NCBI GenBank assembly: GCA_032718475.1
Contig: JAUCBJ010006519.1
Coordinates: 1 to 55,233, forward strand
From: Nemertoderma westbladi
Lineage: Eukaryota; Animalia; Xenacoelomorpha
Reading direction: 5' to 3'
DNA: 55,233 nucleotides
Shown here: piece by piece, positions 36,718 to 49,368 of the stretch
How the letters are laid out: each line of letters opens with the position of its first letter
How positions within the stretch are numbered: the stretch's first letter is position 1
Made by a program: the position numbers and the translations under genes
The notes under the pieces: model-generated
What the model was told of the DNA's origin: nothing
The model's database searches: none
What the model saw: the letters and a program-made list of their open reading frames with translations, nothing else

Positions 36718-37932
36718 CTATTTCTTTCTTTGATACGCCTTTCTCCTCTTCGCCCGTCGACTCTCGTCGATCGCTAGAGCTGGAAGGGGAGCGTCAACAT
36801 CCATCGTGAGCAACGCTTCGGCTTGTCTCCTGGCGGCTCTTCCTTTCGATGGTATCGGGATCATATCGGTTCTTCTTTCCAACTCGGTGTTGCGCGCCTC
36901 TAGGAACCACTTTCCGTCAACGAACTCCTCTTTATATGAGTATAAGCGTCTAATGACTTCGAATGGGCCGAATAATCCGGCGCTCAGCAACAGATCCACG
37001 TAATGGAAAGGTAGTGTGGCCGACGTGTGGAGGCATTCCGGGAAGGAGAAATACCCGCACGCCATCTCCTGCGCGATATTCCGAGCGTTTCTCCGAACCT
37101 TGGTCTTTACGTGGCTGTTTGCGTAGGTTTCAAACATGACCATATTCCCCATAGCGGTAACGTCTTTAGTAGGACATTTTATATAGCAGCGGGGGCTAGC
37201 GGAATGTCCACGGAATCCGCACGTAGTGCAGAGGTTATATAGGATCGGACAGATGGAAACGTCGTGGCCCGATGTCGCACAGTATGGGCAATAAAGTATC
37301 CCGAGGAGCTGGAGGCACGAATCGGTAACCCAATTCCTTCTACCGCGTGGAAGGTGTAATAGCCACCGCTGGTCGGCGAAGAGGTGCCGGGGTTTTCGAC
37401 GGAGGGATTCCGAGGAGATCGTCGGGAGTCGGCGCAGCGCTGGGACCCTTTTCAACCAGTATCGCTGAGCGGGACCATTGATTGCTGGTACTCGGAATCT
37501 CCGAAGACCAGTCTTCGCCACCCGGGAAAGGATATGGGGATAACCTTTGGCATATGTCGCCAAAGTCGCTCAACGCCAACATCTCGCCAACATAATCGCT
37601 TTCGAGGTGGGCGTCGCGTTTCCTTTGTTGTCGTATATCAGACATCGGGATTTGTAGACGCTTTGCCGGAACGTATCCCAGTACGACATCTCGTCCTCTC
37701 CGGTGGCCTTTGCGTTCCGAGTTCTTTTCAGTCTCGTACTAGCATCGGCCAACCGGAGGGCTCGTAGATTCTTGGAGTCCGGTCCCTCTCGCCCGGTGAA
37801 TTTAACGAATCGCACGTTCTCATTTATCAGGGCGTTCCAATTCGTATCAAAGTTAGGGGATCCAGGTTGCGGATATTTCAGTAGATCTATCGTATTACGT
37901 AATTCGCCGATAATTTGGCGATTTGGGTCCAT
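36718..37932 (-). pseudogene. Accessory ORF of E, homologous to ORF3 of A (in-frame TGA at 37570; apparently internally deleted)
   Basis: ORFs 37570-37932 and 36718-37563 are in one frame; LIYDNKGN, CPYCATSGHDVSICP, CTTCGFRGHSA, GYFSFPECLHTS. Confidence 0.7.
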
Positions 37933-38499
37933 ATTTACGATTATGTCTGTTGCAAATTAGATCAGTTAATTATAAGTCCAGAAAATCTGAAACTATAGTG
38001 ATTGCAGAATAATTCAGTTTATTTATAATTCAGTTTATTCAATATAATTGTTATATAGGCATCTACCATCTATTGCTAATACATTCAGCATTTCCAGTTA
38101 CTATAGCTATACATTAATATCCAACCAGTTTTATGACTTTTTATATCCTCTTCTTTTTTCCAATTCTTTATTAATACATTTTAAACATTTTTTTTGTCTT
38201 TTTCCATTTCTCATTATTATTTCACTTCACATTTCATTATTTCAACACATATTTCATCATTTAGTTCCACCATTTATTCATTTTGTTTACATTTATTTCA
38301 CATTTCATTTATTTCCACATCATCATTGGGGTTATAGCCCCCCTGCTATCATCATTTGTTATAAGCGCCGCACCAGGGTGCGCATCATTACATTTTCATC
38401 ATCATACGCGTCATCATTCGGTTTATAGTAGAGTTGTCTGTTTCTTTTCATCATTACCAACTACATTCAATCATCTTCTTTGGAGATTTTTGTTGTGGA

Positions 38500-38915
38500 A
38501 GGGGTGTTATGTGGCAATCTGGGATCTACAGCTGGACTCGTTACACCGCCTACGCCCCAAACTGCGCACGTAACGGACAATGAAGACGCTGGGAGTGAAG
38601 TCACATGGAATACACCAGGGACCCACCAGAATAACACTCCCAACAACATAAAGCTCAGCCGACAAAGTCATGTGGGATGGGGTTACGCAACATTCTGGGA
38701 TCTACAGCTGGACTCATTACACCGCCTACGCCCCAAAATCCACGCAACGGTCCCACCAGAATAACGCGACTGAGAACATAAAACCCCCTATCGTCGAAGT
38801 CATGTGGATGCACCATGGACCCACCAGAATAACGGGATAGAGGGGGTGTTGCGCGGCAATCTGGGATCTACAGCTGGACTCGTTACACCGCCTACGACCC
38901 GAACTGCGCACGCAA
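38500..38915. repeat. Three ~170-bp imperfect tandem repeats between pol and accessory ORF of E
   Basis: TCTGGGATCTACAGCTGGACTC(G/A)TTACACCGCCTACG x3 and CCCACCAGAATAAC x3. Confidence 0.85.
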
Positions 38916-39190
38916 TGGAAAACATAACATACTGCAATGGATACAATAAATTCCACTTCAAATCTTTACCATTTCCAATAATCCAATATCGTTGGTCCCG
39001 ATGACCAAAATCAGGGTAAACAATACATAAACGACCCTGCGTCAGTCGAAACATCTGCAGGGTGATGCTGGACTCCACATAACACACGAGGAAACACAAA
39101 TACCATTGCGTGGTTACAGTTGTTTAAATGGGTCCATTTTCATTGTCGATAAATCACAGTTTAAGAGTTTGTCAACAGGATGAGAAGGGT

Positions 39191-42100
39191 TTAAACGCAT
39201 TTGTAATTGTCACCAATGTCCGCAGCAGGATTCTGAGTAGGGAACTTATCACCTCTCGTAGAGTCACCGCTGTCATTGCCTTCAAGAAGGCACAGCCTCT
39301 GGATAGGGCGTTGGTAGTGGCCCTTTGCCGTTCGTATCGTCACAGTCCTCGCAAGTCCGTCTTTGCTCGGGTGTATGGTCACGACTCGCGCCACAGGCCA
39401 GTGGACGCGGTCTTTGAGATCTTCTTTTACCAATACCATGTCGCCAACTGCAACATTCCTGTAGGGGTTGTTCCACTTCCTCCTGGTCCGGAGGGTTATG
39501 AGGTACTCCTGGGCCCAGATTCTCCACCAATGCGCTGCCAACGCTTGGGCCTTCTTCCAATTTGTATGTCTTGCGATATCGCTGGGATCCGGAAACATGG
39601 TCTCTGGGAGAACATGGGTTTTGGGTCTCCCCAGTAGGTGGTTAGGAGTGAGGGGCTCCAGGTCTGTGGGGTCGTCGCGGATAGGGACAATGGGCCTGTT
39701 CAGGGTAGCCGTGATCTCGCAGAATGTTGTGCGGAGGGTGTCATGGGTTACCCAAGTGTCTCCTAGAGCGACGCGCATGGACCGTTTCACTAAGTTGATC
39801 AGTTTCTCCCATACCCCGCTTGTATGGGGTGCTAAGGGGGTCTGGAAGTGCCACTGTATCTGGTGTTCCTTCCAGACTTGGGATGCGGTGTTGTCGGTAA
39901 ACCATCCCTCGATCGCCTCCCTAAGTTCTCGTTCTCCTCCCACGAAGTTTGTACCATTATCGGAATACATGTGGCAACATGTCCCGTTGTTCGCCACGAA
40001 CCGACGCAGAGCGTTGATGAATGCGTGTTGTGTCAGGTTTACCACAATGTCTAGGTAGATTGCCCTAGACCTAAGGCAGGTGAAGATGGCTCCCCAGCAT
40101 TTGATGTTGGATCGCCGTTCGATGACCGTAAACGGTCCGAAGCAGTCCACTCCGGTGACGTAGAACGGTGGGGAATCTGCTTGTAGACGGGTGGCTGGTA
40201 AGTCGGCCATCTTTTGGGTGAGTGGTGGCGCTAGATATCTTCTGCAGGTAAAGCAACGTTTCAACACTTTCCGGATCAGTGGCTGGATGTGGGTGATCCA
40301 ATATCTTTGTCTTATAATAGCTATAATCCAGTTCTGTCCTGCATGATGGTTTTCCTCGTGACATTGTTGAATTAATAGCTTGGCTAGTGTTGACGTTCCG
40401 GGCAGAAGCGCCGGGTATTTAACCTCATATTCGACCGGGGCGTTTGCCATCCAGGTATTCAGTCGGATCAGTCCGTCCTCTCCCATCATTGGTCTCAGCT
40501 GGTAGACTGGGCTGTCCGGTTTCAAGGTTTTGCCTGCACTAAGTTGTTCCCACTCATCGGGGAAACTTTCTCTCTGGACATATCCAACGATACACTTCTC
40601 CGCGATAATGAGTTCTTGTATACTCCGTTGAACTATCGGTTTGTTGTCTTTCCACCGTAGGAAGTTGCGAAGGGTTATAATGTGGTGGATGAGCCATCTC
40701 ATTGATGAAGTTCGCTCGATCAACAGATGTAAAGACGCCGCTGGTTGAGTGATCATCGCGACGTTATAGTGCCTGCCCGAGTCCTTTGCAGGCTCAGTCA
40801 GACAACTATAAATTTCCACTGCGTTGCTTCTATGGACTTTACGGATCTCCTTATCGTCCTCGGAGTATTTTCCGCTTTCGAGTTCGGGGTCGAATCGGGT
40901 ACTCCATGTTAATTGTGGCTGCTGTAGGAATTCCGGGCCTGTAAGCCAGAGTTTGCTTTTACTGAGTTGTTTTGGGGTGGCACCTCGGCTTGATAAGTCC
41001 GCTGGATTTTCTTTCCCATTCACGTGGTGCCACTGTTCCCGGCCGGTACACTGTTTAATCTCCGTGGCTCGGTTCGCAACAAATGTAGTGTGACGCCGTG
41101 ATGGAGAGTGGAGATAATAGAGAACTATACTCGAGTCGACCCAGAAGTGTTGAGATTCGATGGGGATTCGTAGGTTCCGCATGACCATGCGATTCTGTCT
41201 TACTGCCCAAACTGCAGCCTGTAGCTCGAGTCTTGGAATCGTTGCTATGAATTCCCCGGATACTGTCTTAGCTTTAGAAAATAAGAAGCTCGTATCGCCG
41301 TTTCCATCGTTGCTTAGTCTTCGTAAGAAGGTGACTACGCCAATTCCGGTATTTGAAGCATCCGAGAAGGTATGGAGCTGGAAGATATCGGTGGGTAGTT
41401 TATCGAGGAAGAATGGTCGACGTATCCGCATAAGTTGTAGGTGTTCGAGCTGCTCCGTCTATTTTCTCCATTTGACGCTGAGGTGTGGGGGGAGTTCTTC
41501 GTCCCATCCCAGTCCTTCTATCCACATTTCCTTAATCAGGTTCATTCCGGCCAAGGTTACTGGAGATATGAAATTTAGTGGGTCGAAGATGGCGCTTTTT
41601 ATCGACAAACATCCCCTTTTTGTCATAGGCTTGGGTAGGGGTTTATATTTGAAAATGAATTCGTCTGATTCTATGTCCCATTCAATCCCGAGTACACGGT
41701 GTTCCACATCCTCAGAATACATTTTGTTATTTTCCAGTCGGATGTCCTCCGGAAACTTTTCCATAAGTGTTTTGTCGTGGGATCTGAACTTCACGAGCGG
41801 AAAACCTCCTTTCTTTAGACATTCTACCATCCCCATTGCTAGCTGATATGCCACGTCCACATTATCTGCGCCAGCGCATCCGTCGTCCACGTAAAAACAT
41901 CTTCGGATGGTTTCTATGACGGTTGGAGGGAACTCGTTTTCGCACATAGTTGCCGTCCTCTTCAGCATGTCACTGCATGCTACTGGCGAGTCCTTAGCGC
42001 CGAAGATCCTGACGACCATACGCATTATGTCTACGTCCTTTATCGTAAGTTGACTAATCTCCTGTTGAGTTAGTGTTTTATCCGTCCATAGGATACGTAG

Positions 42101-43375
42101 ACAGTCTGAGTCTCTTGGTAGCATACGAACTTGATGAAACATGGCCTTGATGTCGCAGGTGAATGCTACCCGGTTTTCCCTGAACCTGATCAATACGCCG
42201 ATGAGTGTACTATATATGTTGGGTCCCGTGTAAAGCTGACTGTTTAGGGATTTGCCCTGGTACATAGCGGCGGCATCATTTACCACTCGGATTTTCCCAC
42301 CCTTCCGGGCTTCTACCACATAGTGGGTTGGGAGATAATATGTTCTTTTACCACCTTGCAGTTCATTCCGTGGTACCATTTCTGCTAATCCATCATCTAG
42401 ATATCCTTGGATTACGGTATTATATTTCTCCTTTATCTCGGGTTGGTCATTCAGCCGGCGTAGAATCCCCTTAAGTCGCCTAAGTGCCATGCTGGCGTTG
42501 TTTGCCATCGGTTTGTTTGGGTCCTTCCATAACATAGGTGAACACCAGTGTCCGTCTTTGAACGTGGCCTGGTCGAGAGCGTCCATACAATATTGATCCT
42601 CTTCGGACGGGTTTTCGTCCTTTTCAGCGAATTCCTGGGTCTCTAGATTAAAATATTTCGTCATCTCTTGTTGGGTTTTCTCGGTCTCCAGAAACAAATC
42701 CTCGTCAAGGTCCGTAGCTGAGCAATAACCCACGGAGGTTGCATTCTCTTTAATCTGACATTTGGGAAGGTAGGTATAGGTGTCAGTAGTTTCTTCCTTA
42801 ATGCCGCAGAGTGTCCATCCCATTATTGTTCGTTCAGCATAAAATCCGTCATCCTGTTTTATAGATCGGGCAATATCTCCGGTGGGGATGTGTAGTTCCG
42901 GTGTATCAAGTCCGATCAGTAGGGTGATGCGGTTTACATCCAATGGCGGGCACCTTAGGTCTACGTCGTCTCGATCTAGCTGTATGAGGGGGGCGTACTC
43001 GGCCGATTGTCTGAACCGCACTCGGAGGTCTGTGTGTACCAAGGCGTTCTTGATGGTCAACTTAACCGTTTCGTAGCCCTTCATTACTCCTTCCATCTGG
43101 AGTTGCACCTCCCCGGAGTCTACCTCTATGTTGTCGGTGATAGTTTGTATGGGCCGTTTGCAAGGTTCATAGTCTAGGCCGAGTTGCTCGAGGAAATCCC
43201 GGTCGATGATGGTTCCGTCCGACCCGTTATCAAGGAACGCAAGCGTCGTCAAGGATTTGCCGACTCCCTGAATTCTTACTGGGATTACCTTGGCGAAGAC
43301 CATGTAACAGCGATTTATCAGGTTGATCGTGGCTGAGATATTTGTCACTTGTGATGCGTTAGTGGAGGTTTTAAA
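39191..43375 (-). pseudogene. pol: BEL Pol of E (single in-frame stop at 41459)
   Basis: FLDNGS protease, YVDD RT, FSDAS RNase H, NPADLSSRG, SDNGTNF / GVWEKLI integrase. Confidence 0.94.
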
Positions 43376-45954
43376 CGGGTTGGTTTCTCTCGTTGGGTTG
43401 TCCGGGATCCTTTAGAAACATGGTTCGTTTCTCCTCTTCGCTTTGTTTCAATCCGAAAGGGGAGGGTAGTGAAGTCAAAGTTCGCGGGGATGTGGAGGAG
43501 CGTGTGATGACGTAGGTCGTTACAAACCGCACAACACGACCTTTGGTCGCACTCCCGAATGTAGTGACCTGTACCAAGACACCGGAAGCATCCTCGGTGT
43601 TTCATAATCGCTTCGAAGCGTGGGACGAGTTCGGCAAACTGGAACTTCCTGCAGAATTCAACTTTATGTTTCTCCCCACAATAGAGACAGAGCAGGGAGT
43701 TTGTGATGCCTTCCCTCTCGGGTGCCCAATTCGCGAGATAACATGCCCATTCCTCGGCGGATGTCGGTTCCTCGTAGTCTTCGTCGTCGGAATCCTCGGC
43801 CATGGTGATGGCCATCGTACTCACCGGTGGGGGGCGGAATCTCGGTTTTGGAGGGGGTATCTTACTCCTGGAGTTGCTCTCTATTCCGTCCAACTTGGCA
43901 AGACTCTGTTTTGAAAACATCGAGTCATTCATGGCTTCGGAGATATCGTCCAGGAATGCCGACATTTCAAGGAAGCTGGGATCTCGATCTGGATGTCTGC
44001 ACCGGAGATCTACGCATTTATAGGCCCACTTACTTTGTAGCCATCCGGGGAACTTCCGGGCGATCTGTCGGAGGTTTAGAATGTTGTTCACCTGGTCCTC
44101 CTTATTTAAGGGTTTCAGAGTATAGTAGGCATCCTTCATAGAGTCGGAGAATTCCTGGATGTTCTGTGGGTCCCCTAGTGATCCCACGTCCTGTATTAGT
44201 CTCTCTAGAGTTTTATTAATTATAGTTCTGGTATTTCCGTATCTTTTATCTAGAGTTTTCCATGCGTCATAGTATGCCTCATGAGAACCTCCCTCAAAAC
44301 ATGCAATAATTCGGCGTGGTTTGTCACCCAGGTATTGTGATAAATATACCAGTTTCTGTGCGTCAGCTATGTCCGTTGAACCAATCTGCGCAAAGAACCG
44401 TTTCTTGAATCTGAGTTAATCGACGGGATCTCCTTCAAAGGTGAGGATCTCCATCTTGGGCATGGCAAGGCGGTTTTCCAATGCCCGGATAAGGCCGACG
44501 TCGTCTGAACTGGAGTGACTCGGAGGGTTATAGTTATTGGCACTCTCTCCCATACTCGATGGATCAATGATAGGTGGAGTTTTAATGATGACGCGACTAC
44601 GGGTTTGTGGTGTGGATGTAAACGGGTTGTTGGATCGAGGAGTGGCGTCCCGTTCTGAGTCCCTTTCAGGCTCGTACTTGGGGACGCTCGTTGCCGTGGG
44701 GTTGGATGGGAAATACGGTTCCTCATTTTTAAGCGTAACCGGTGGGGGATGGAATACCGGTGCTTGTGCCGATAACGTAGACTGTATGGTAGGCGGGATC
44801 TCGGGTTTCGGAAGTTTCGCCGCTGTTGGTGTAAATGACTTCTCTAATTCTGGTACCGGGATTGGCTCATATTCCTGATCTATATCCCTTTCCCAGTCCT
44901 TGTATAGTTGAATATCTCGTTCTATAAGTGCGGCTTCGTATTCCGTGAGTTTCGCAATATCCGCATTCTTTTTGTGGGTGAGAATCGCTTGGGCCTCGGC
45001 GTGTTGTTTACGCATTTCTGCTTCCCATTTACGTTGTTCGATCTCCTGTTTGGCCTCTCGTTCACGTTGTTCAGCTTCCTGTTTGGCCCCTTGTTCACGT
45101 CGTTCAGCCTCCTGTCTATGTTGTTCGGCCCGTTGTTCAGCCTCCTGTCTATGTTGTTCGGCCCGTTGTTCAGCCTCCCGTCTACGTCGTTCGGCTTCCT
45201 GTTTGGCCTCTCATTCACGTCGTTCGGCTTCCTGTTTGGCCTCTCGTTCACGTTGTTCAGCCTCCTGTCTATGTTGTTCGGCCCGCCGTTCGACCTCTTG
45301 TTCGGCCTCCCGTTTTTGCATTTCGGCGGCTAATATATCTTGTTCGGTTTGCAGTTGAACGTACTCATCTTCCATCCGAGCTTTGAGGGCTAATGCCTTC
45401 CGTTCTCGTAGCTGGTCTCGGAGTGGCTGACCCCCTTGAGAGCTGTGTGCTGAACCAGACACCGTGCTCCTAGCGCTGGAGTGCTGATTTCTCGAGGACC
45501 CCGATCTCCTTAGATGTACTGCTGTCCTGGTGCTGGAGGTTCGCACTGATTCTGCATCTTTTCTTTCGGCTCTCTTGTAGTACTGTTCTTCGTAGCCTCT
45601 CACAAGGCTGAGGGTCCTCCGGTGTTGTTTGCGGAACCCATCTAGATGTACAACGTGTTCTTCTAACCTGGGGTAGTTTTCCTGATCGGTGGAGGGAACA
45701 AGCTCTTGGTACGCCTGTATCATTCTTTCATATCGCTGTAAGATGTTTTGGATACTCTGAAGCTGAGTTTGTATCTCATTGAGGGGGGTTTTGACTCCCT
45801 TGAGTTGTTTCTCTATCCGTTGATACGCTCGAATTACTCCGCCCTTGAGAGCCCCTAGTCGACGGGTCATGTTCTTGACGTTCGGTACCTCGTCGGCTTC
45901 CGAATCTGTGTGGTGGTCCATCTCATTGGTATCGGATACGTTGTTCGCCATCAT
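43345..45954 (-). pseudogene. gag: BEL Gag of E (stops at 45211, 44416)
   Basis: Coiled-coil E/R/Q repeats, LPKMEILTFEGDP-type core, triple knuckle CLYC/CFRC/CAVC; three ORF pieces in one frame. Confidence 0.9.
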
Positions 45955-46142
45955 TCCAACGCCTCGTTGATAGCTAGATATGCGATGTCGTAGAATAGTT
46001 CCTCGTAGGTATCGTACTCAGCCTGGACCACCCGAACGGTAATCCTGAATCGTCCAACATTCGTTCCTTGTACTTCCACTTCAACGTGCCAGATTCCTGG
46101 CTCAACTTGGATGATATCAATGGGTGTGATTGATACTTCCAT
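45951..46142 (-). CDS. 63-aa upstream ORF overlapping gag start
   Basis: ATG start, protein-like pattern, stop overlaps gag ATG (ATGATG). Confidence 0.4.
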   Translation of the reverse strand: MEVSITPIDIIQVEPGIWHVEVEVQGTNVGRFRITVRVVQAEYDTYEELFYDIAYLAINEALE

Positions 46143-46389
46143 TCCCTGTTAACAACTCTCCAATATGTGATCTGCCGGCTACGAGTTGGTTAGATCGAGT
46201 TTGTTGATTAATTAAACCACGACTTTGTCTTAACTCAAATACCAGAGTTTCCTCGTAGTGGGTGCTGGGTAAGCACGGAGAGAGTTTGAAGAGTATTGTA
46301 GAATTCCCAACTTCCACCAGTTGAAGTTGGCCGCGTTTAATTATCAATTTTGACACCCTATCAAAATTGATCCCTTTAATTATCAATTT

Positions 46390-47877
46390 TGTTGCCATTA
46401 TCCCAAACACCAGGGGGGAAAACGCCGATGCTGGAGACGTGACTTTACAGACCACAGAGTCCCGGCCAGTCACCGGATATTGATTGTGGAGAAGGAATGA
46501 TATCTTGAATGCAGGATTGCGGTTGAGGAAAAGTTGCATTGGTTGGATATACTCTTTAATGTAACTTCCTACAGTTGAACCCTGATTGATAATTAATTGG
46601 GCTTCCCCAAATCAATATACACCAAATATTCACAATAATTATACACGACAATATAAATCCCTACAGTATATTATTTAATTACCCACTGTTCGCTCAGACT
46701 TTAGCCTACCTAATGTTCCCCAGATTTTCCCTCGGTCCTGGTCTTAGTGCCGTAGTGTCGGTGTCGGTCGACCCTGTCGCGTGTCCGTTCCACCCCTCCC
46801 GAACCCCGAAGGGATCGATCATAGAGAACCAGCACGGCTTGGCTAAGGGTCGGTCCAGTCGGTAGACTCTGTCGCTTATCCGTTCCACCCCTCCCGAACC
46901 CCGAAGGGATTGATCATCGAGAACCAGTACGGCTTGGCTAGGAGTCTGTCATGTCGGTGGACCCGTTCGCGTATCCGTCCCACCCCTCCCGAACCCCGAA
47001 GGGTTCGATCATCGAGAACCAGTACGGCTTGGCTAGGGGTCCGTCGGTTCATCACAGAGACCCAACCACCTAGGCTTTCCGAGTCCTTATTCAGGCTCGT
47101 AGTCGCTTTGGCAGCCGAGAAACTGCTCCGAACAGTCGGTAGGCCAGTAGCGTCCAGTCCTTTGTCTTTCGACCCCGTCGCATGTCCGTCCCACCCCTCA
47201 CGAACCCCGAAGGGATCGGTCATCGAGAACCAGTACGGCTTAGCTAAGGGGGCTGTCGTTTCCCGTCGCGAATCCCTGGCGCAAGCAGCCGGCGTTCCGA
47301 TGTCCTTTTCAGGCTCGTAATAACTGCTGTTGACCAGAGACCGCTAAGGGCAGTCCTCGTCAAACCCATCCTCTGTTAGTCGGCCACCCTTTCGCATGTC
47401 CGTCCCACCCCTCGCGAACCCCGAAGGGATCGGTCATCGAGAACCAGTACGGATTAGCTAAGGGGGCTGTCATTTCCCGTCGCGAATCCCTGGCGCAAGC
47501 AGCTGGCGTTCCGATGTCCTTTTCAGGCTCGTAATAACTGCTGTTGGCCAGGGGCCGCTAAGGGCAGTCCTTGTCCTTTAGGCCTGGCGCGTTACCAAAT
47601 CCACCTCTACAGGCAGCAGGAAGTTGGCCAGGGCCTAATAGTACTCAGGCTAACCTGAATACTGCTTAACTTTGCCTCCCACCCCTGGCCCTTATAAACA
47701 TGAAATTATTCCCATACCCTGTAAGTTGCCCCAATGTTTGCCCATAAATCGCCCCCAGTCCATTGAAAGTGCCCAGAACCCTTGGTCCCGCACCCAGTAG
47801 TGATATCGGAATAATCATTTTAAATAAATACAAAAAATATTCAACTCGCGTTATGAAAAGTTGAAATACCGCGAACA
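46390..47877 (-). repeat. 5' LTR of E
   Basis: TGTTCGCGG...GGCAACA on minus strand; matches 35051-36545. Confidence 0.95.
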
Positions 47878-49368
47878 CAGTGACTTCAATGAATATTTGG
47901 AATTCTTGAGAGAAACATATCTCAATGTAGCCAGTCAACAAAATCTAGAAACTCGATATCCTCAAGGTATACATCATAACCCTATTATAGAACTCAAACG
48001 ACTCTATTTCACTATGATGTATCTCACCGCCGATTGACCGCTACCTGTTGTACCGGATAGCTTCGAACAGATGGAGGAATATTGTAAAACTGGAGAAAGT
48101 TCACCCGCGTTTCCCCTACAAGACGTGCGTCTTTGGTATTATTGCGATGAATGCCCTAGACCCAACCAACAAACGGAAAGACATAAACATCTGTGGAGAC
48201 GTTGCGCTAAACACAGTTTTACTCGCTATACTTACGGGAGTTTCGAGCGAAACTTGTTTGATGTATCACCCACGCTCGCTCGACTCAAACGATCCTTAAA
48301 TAAACCTATGATCAGAGTTCCGGAATACTCGGTCAGACCTCCCCATTCCCTGGTGAGACCTCAGACTCTTGATCCTAATAGTATGATGGATCCACCTGAA
48401 CTGTACTCATTGTTCAAAGACCTAGTGTTACCCGAACAATTAGTCGGTGGCACTCCAGTTGTGGGCTCCCTAGATATTTGCCCATCCTACCTAGCCGGAT
48501 TGGGATGCGGACACCTAATATCGCCGTTCAATCCGTATAATCGTCCCGGTTTAACTCCGATACAACCTGTCACCGAGGTGGAGGAGAGCGTTGTACGAAA
48601 CGCGTTAGACGCTATTCGACAAAAGATCGGAAAAGGAACCTACGATTGTTTAGATAAACGTAAATTGCAGCAGCAAGTCCTAACGGTAAAAGAATTAGTG
48701 TTACCCCAGTTCGATCAGGAAATCCAGAATCGAATCCAGAATAAAGAAGAAATCCAGAATCGAAGAAGATATCGAACTTGGACGAACCTACTCTCTACAA
48801 GAGTTTTTGGACAAACGCTCCCAATGACAAGCGGAGGAAAATCAGCTCGAGGAGAAGCACATCGAAATGGTTGAGAGAGAAGAAGCAGCTTTAGCCCAAC
48901 CTGAAGCTCAAATCCTTATGACTGATCTCTATTCCAAAACTATCATTCATCCCTCGATGGTTCCCCATTTTGGAGACAAATTCTTCGCCACGGTACAACC
49001 CCAACCGGTTGATATCAACTTAAAATCTAGAGATCTTATCGCTGACGCTCCTATGTTACAACGTCCGCCAATTGAAGCCGCTCGTGTCGATGGTATACTC
49101 GTTGAACCAGTAAGGACCAGTAAGAGCTGCCGTCATGAAACGTGCTCTAAAGGTTGTTCGACCTCGTTCCACTGAGGTTGATATCGATCAACTGGGTACC
49201 TCGACCGGCGGATACACCGACCGTAACCCTAAACCTTCCAATGCAATTGTATTGCACCCCTCACCCAGGAGTTATAGCCCTCCTAATAAAGTGGCTCGCC
49301 CCAAAGAGAAAAGGACTCTTACTAGCCTCAAAAAACTTCGTAAATGCTATTCACGTAAGAAGGACTAA
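47878..49368 (+). pseudogene. 3' part of ORF3 of B, with ~2.4-kb internal deletion
   Basis: Matches A 18360-19382 then jumps at ~49108 to A ~21778-22032. Confidence 0.9.

Larger units (their letters stand above)
35051..47877 (-). mobile_element. Full-length BEL/Pao element E (antisense) with accessory ORF
   Basis: ~1.49-kb LTR pair, TSD TAGTG/CAGTG, G-run PPT next to 36545, gag and pol on minus strand. Confidence 0.95.

Noticed and set aside
44908-45358. Repetitive Cys/Ser- or Leu/Phe-rich ORFs
   Set aside because: Antisense/alternate-frame shadows of the gag coiled-coil repeats of E.
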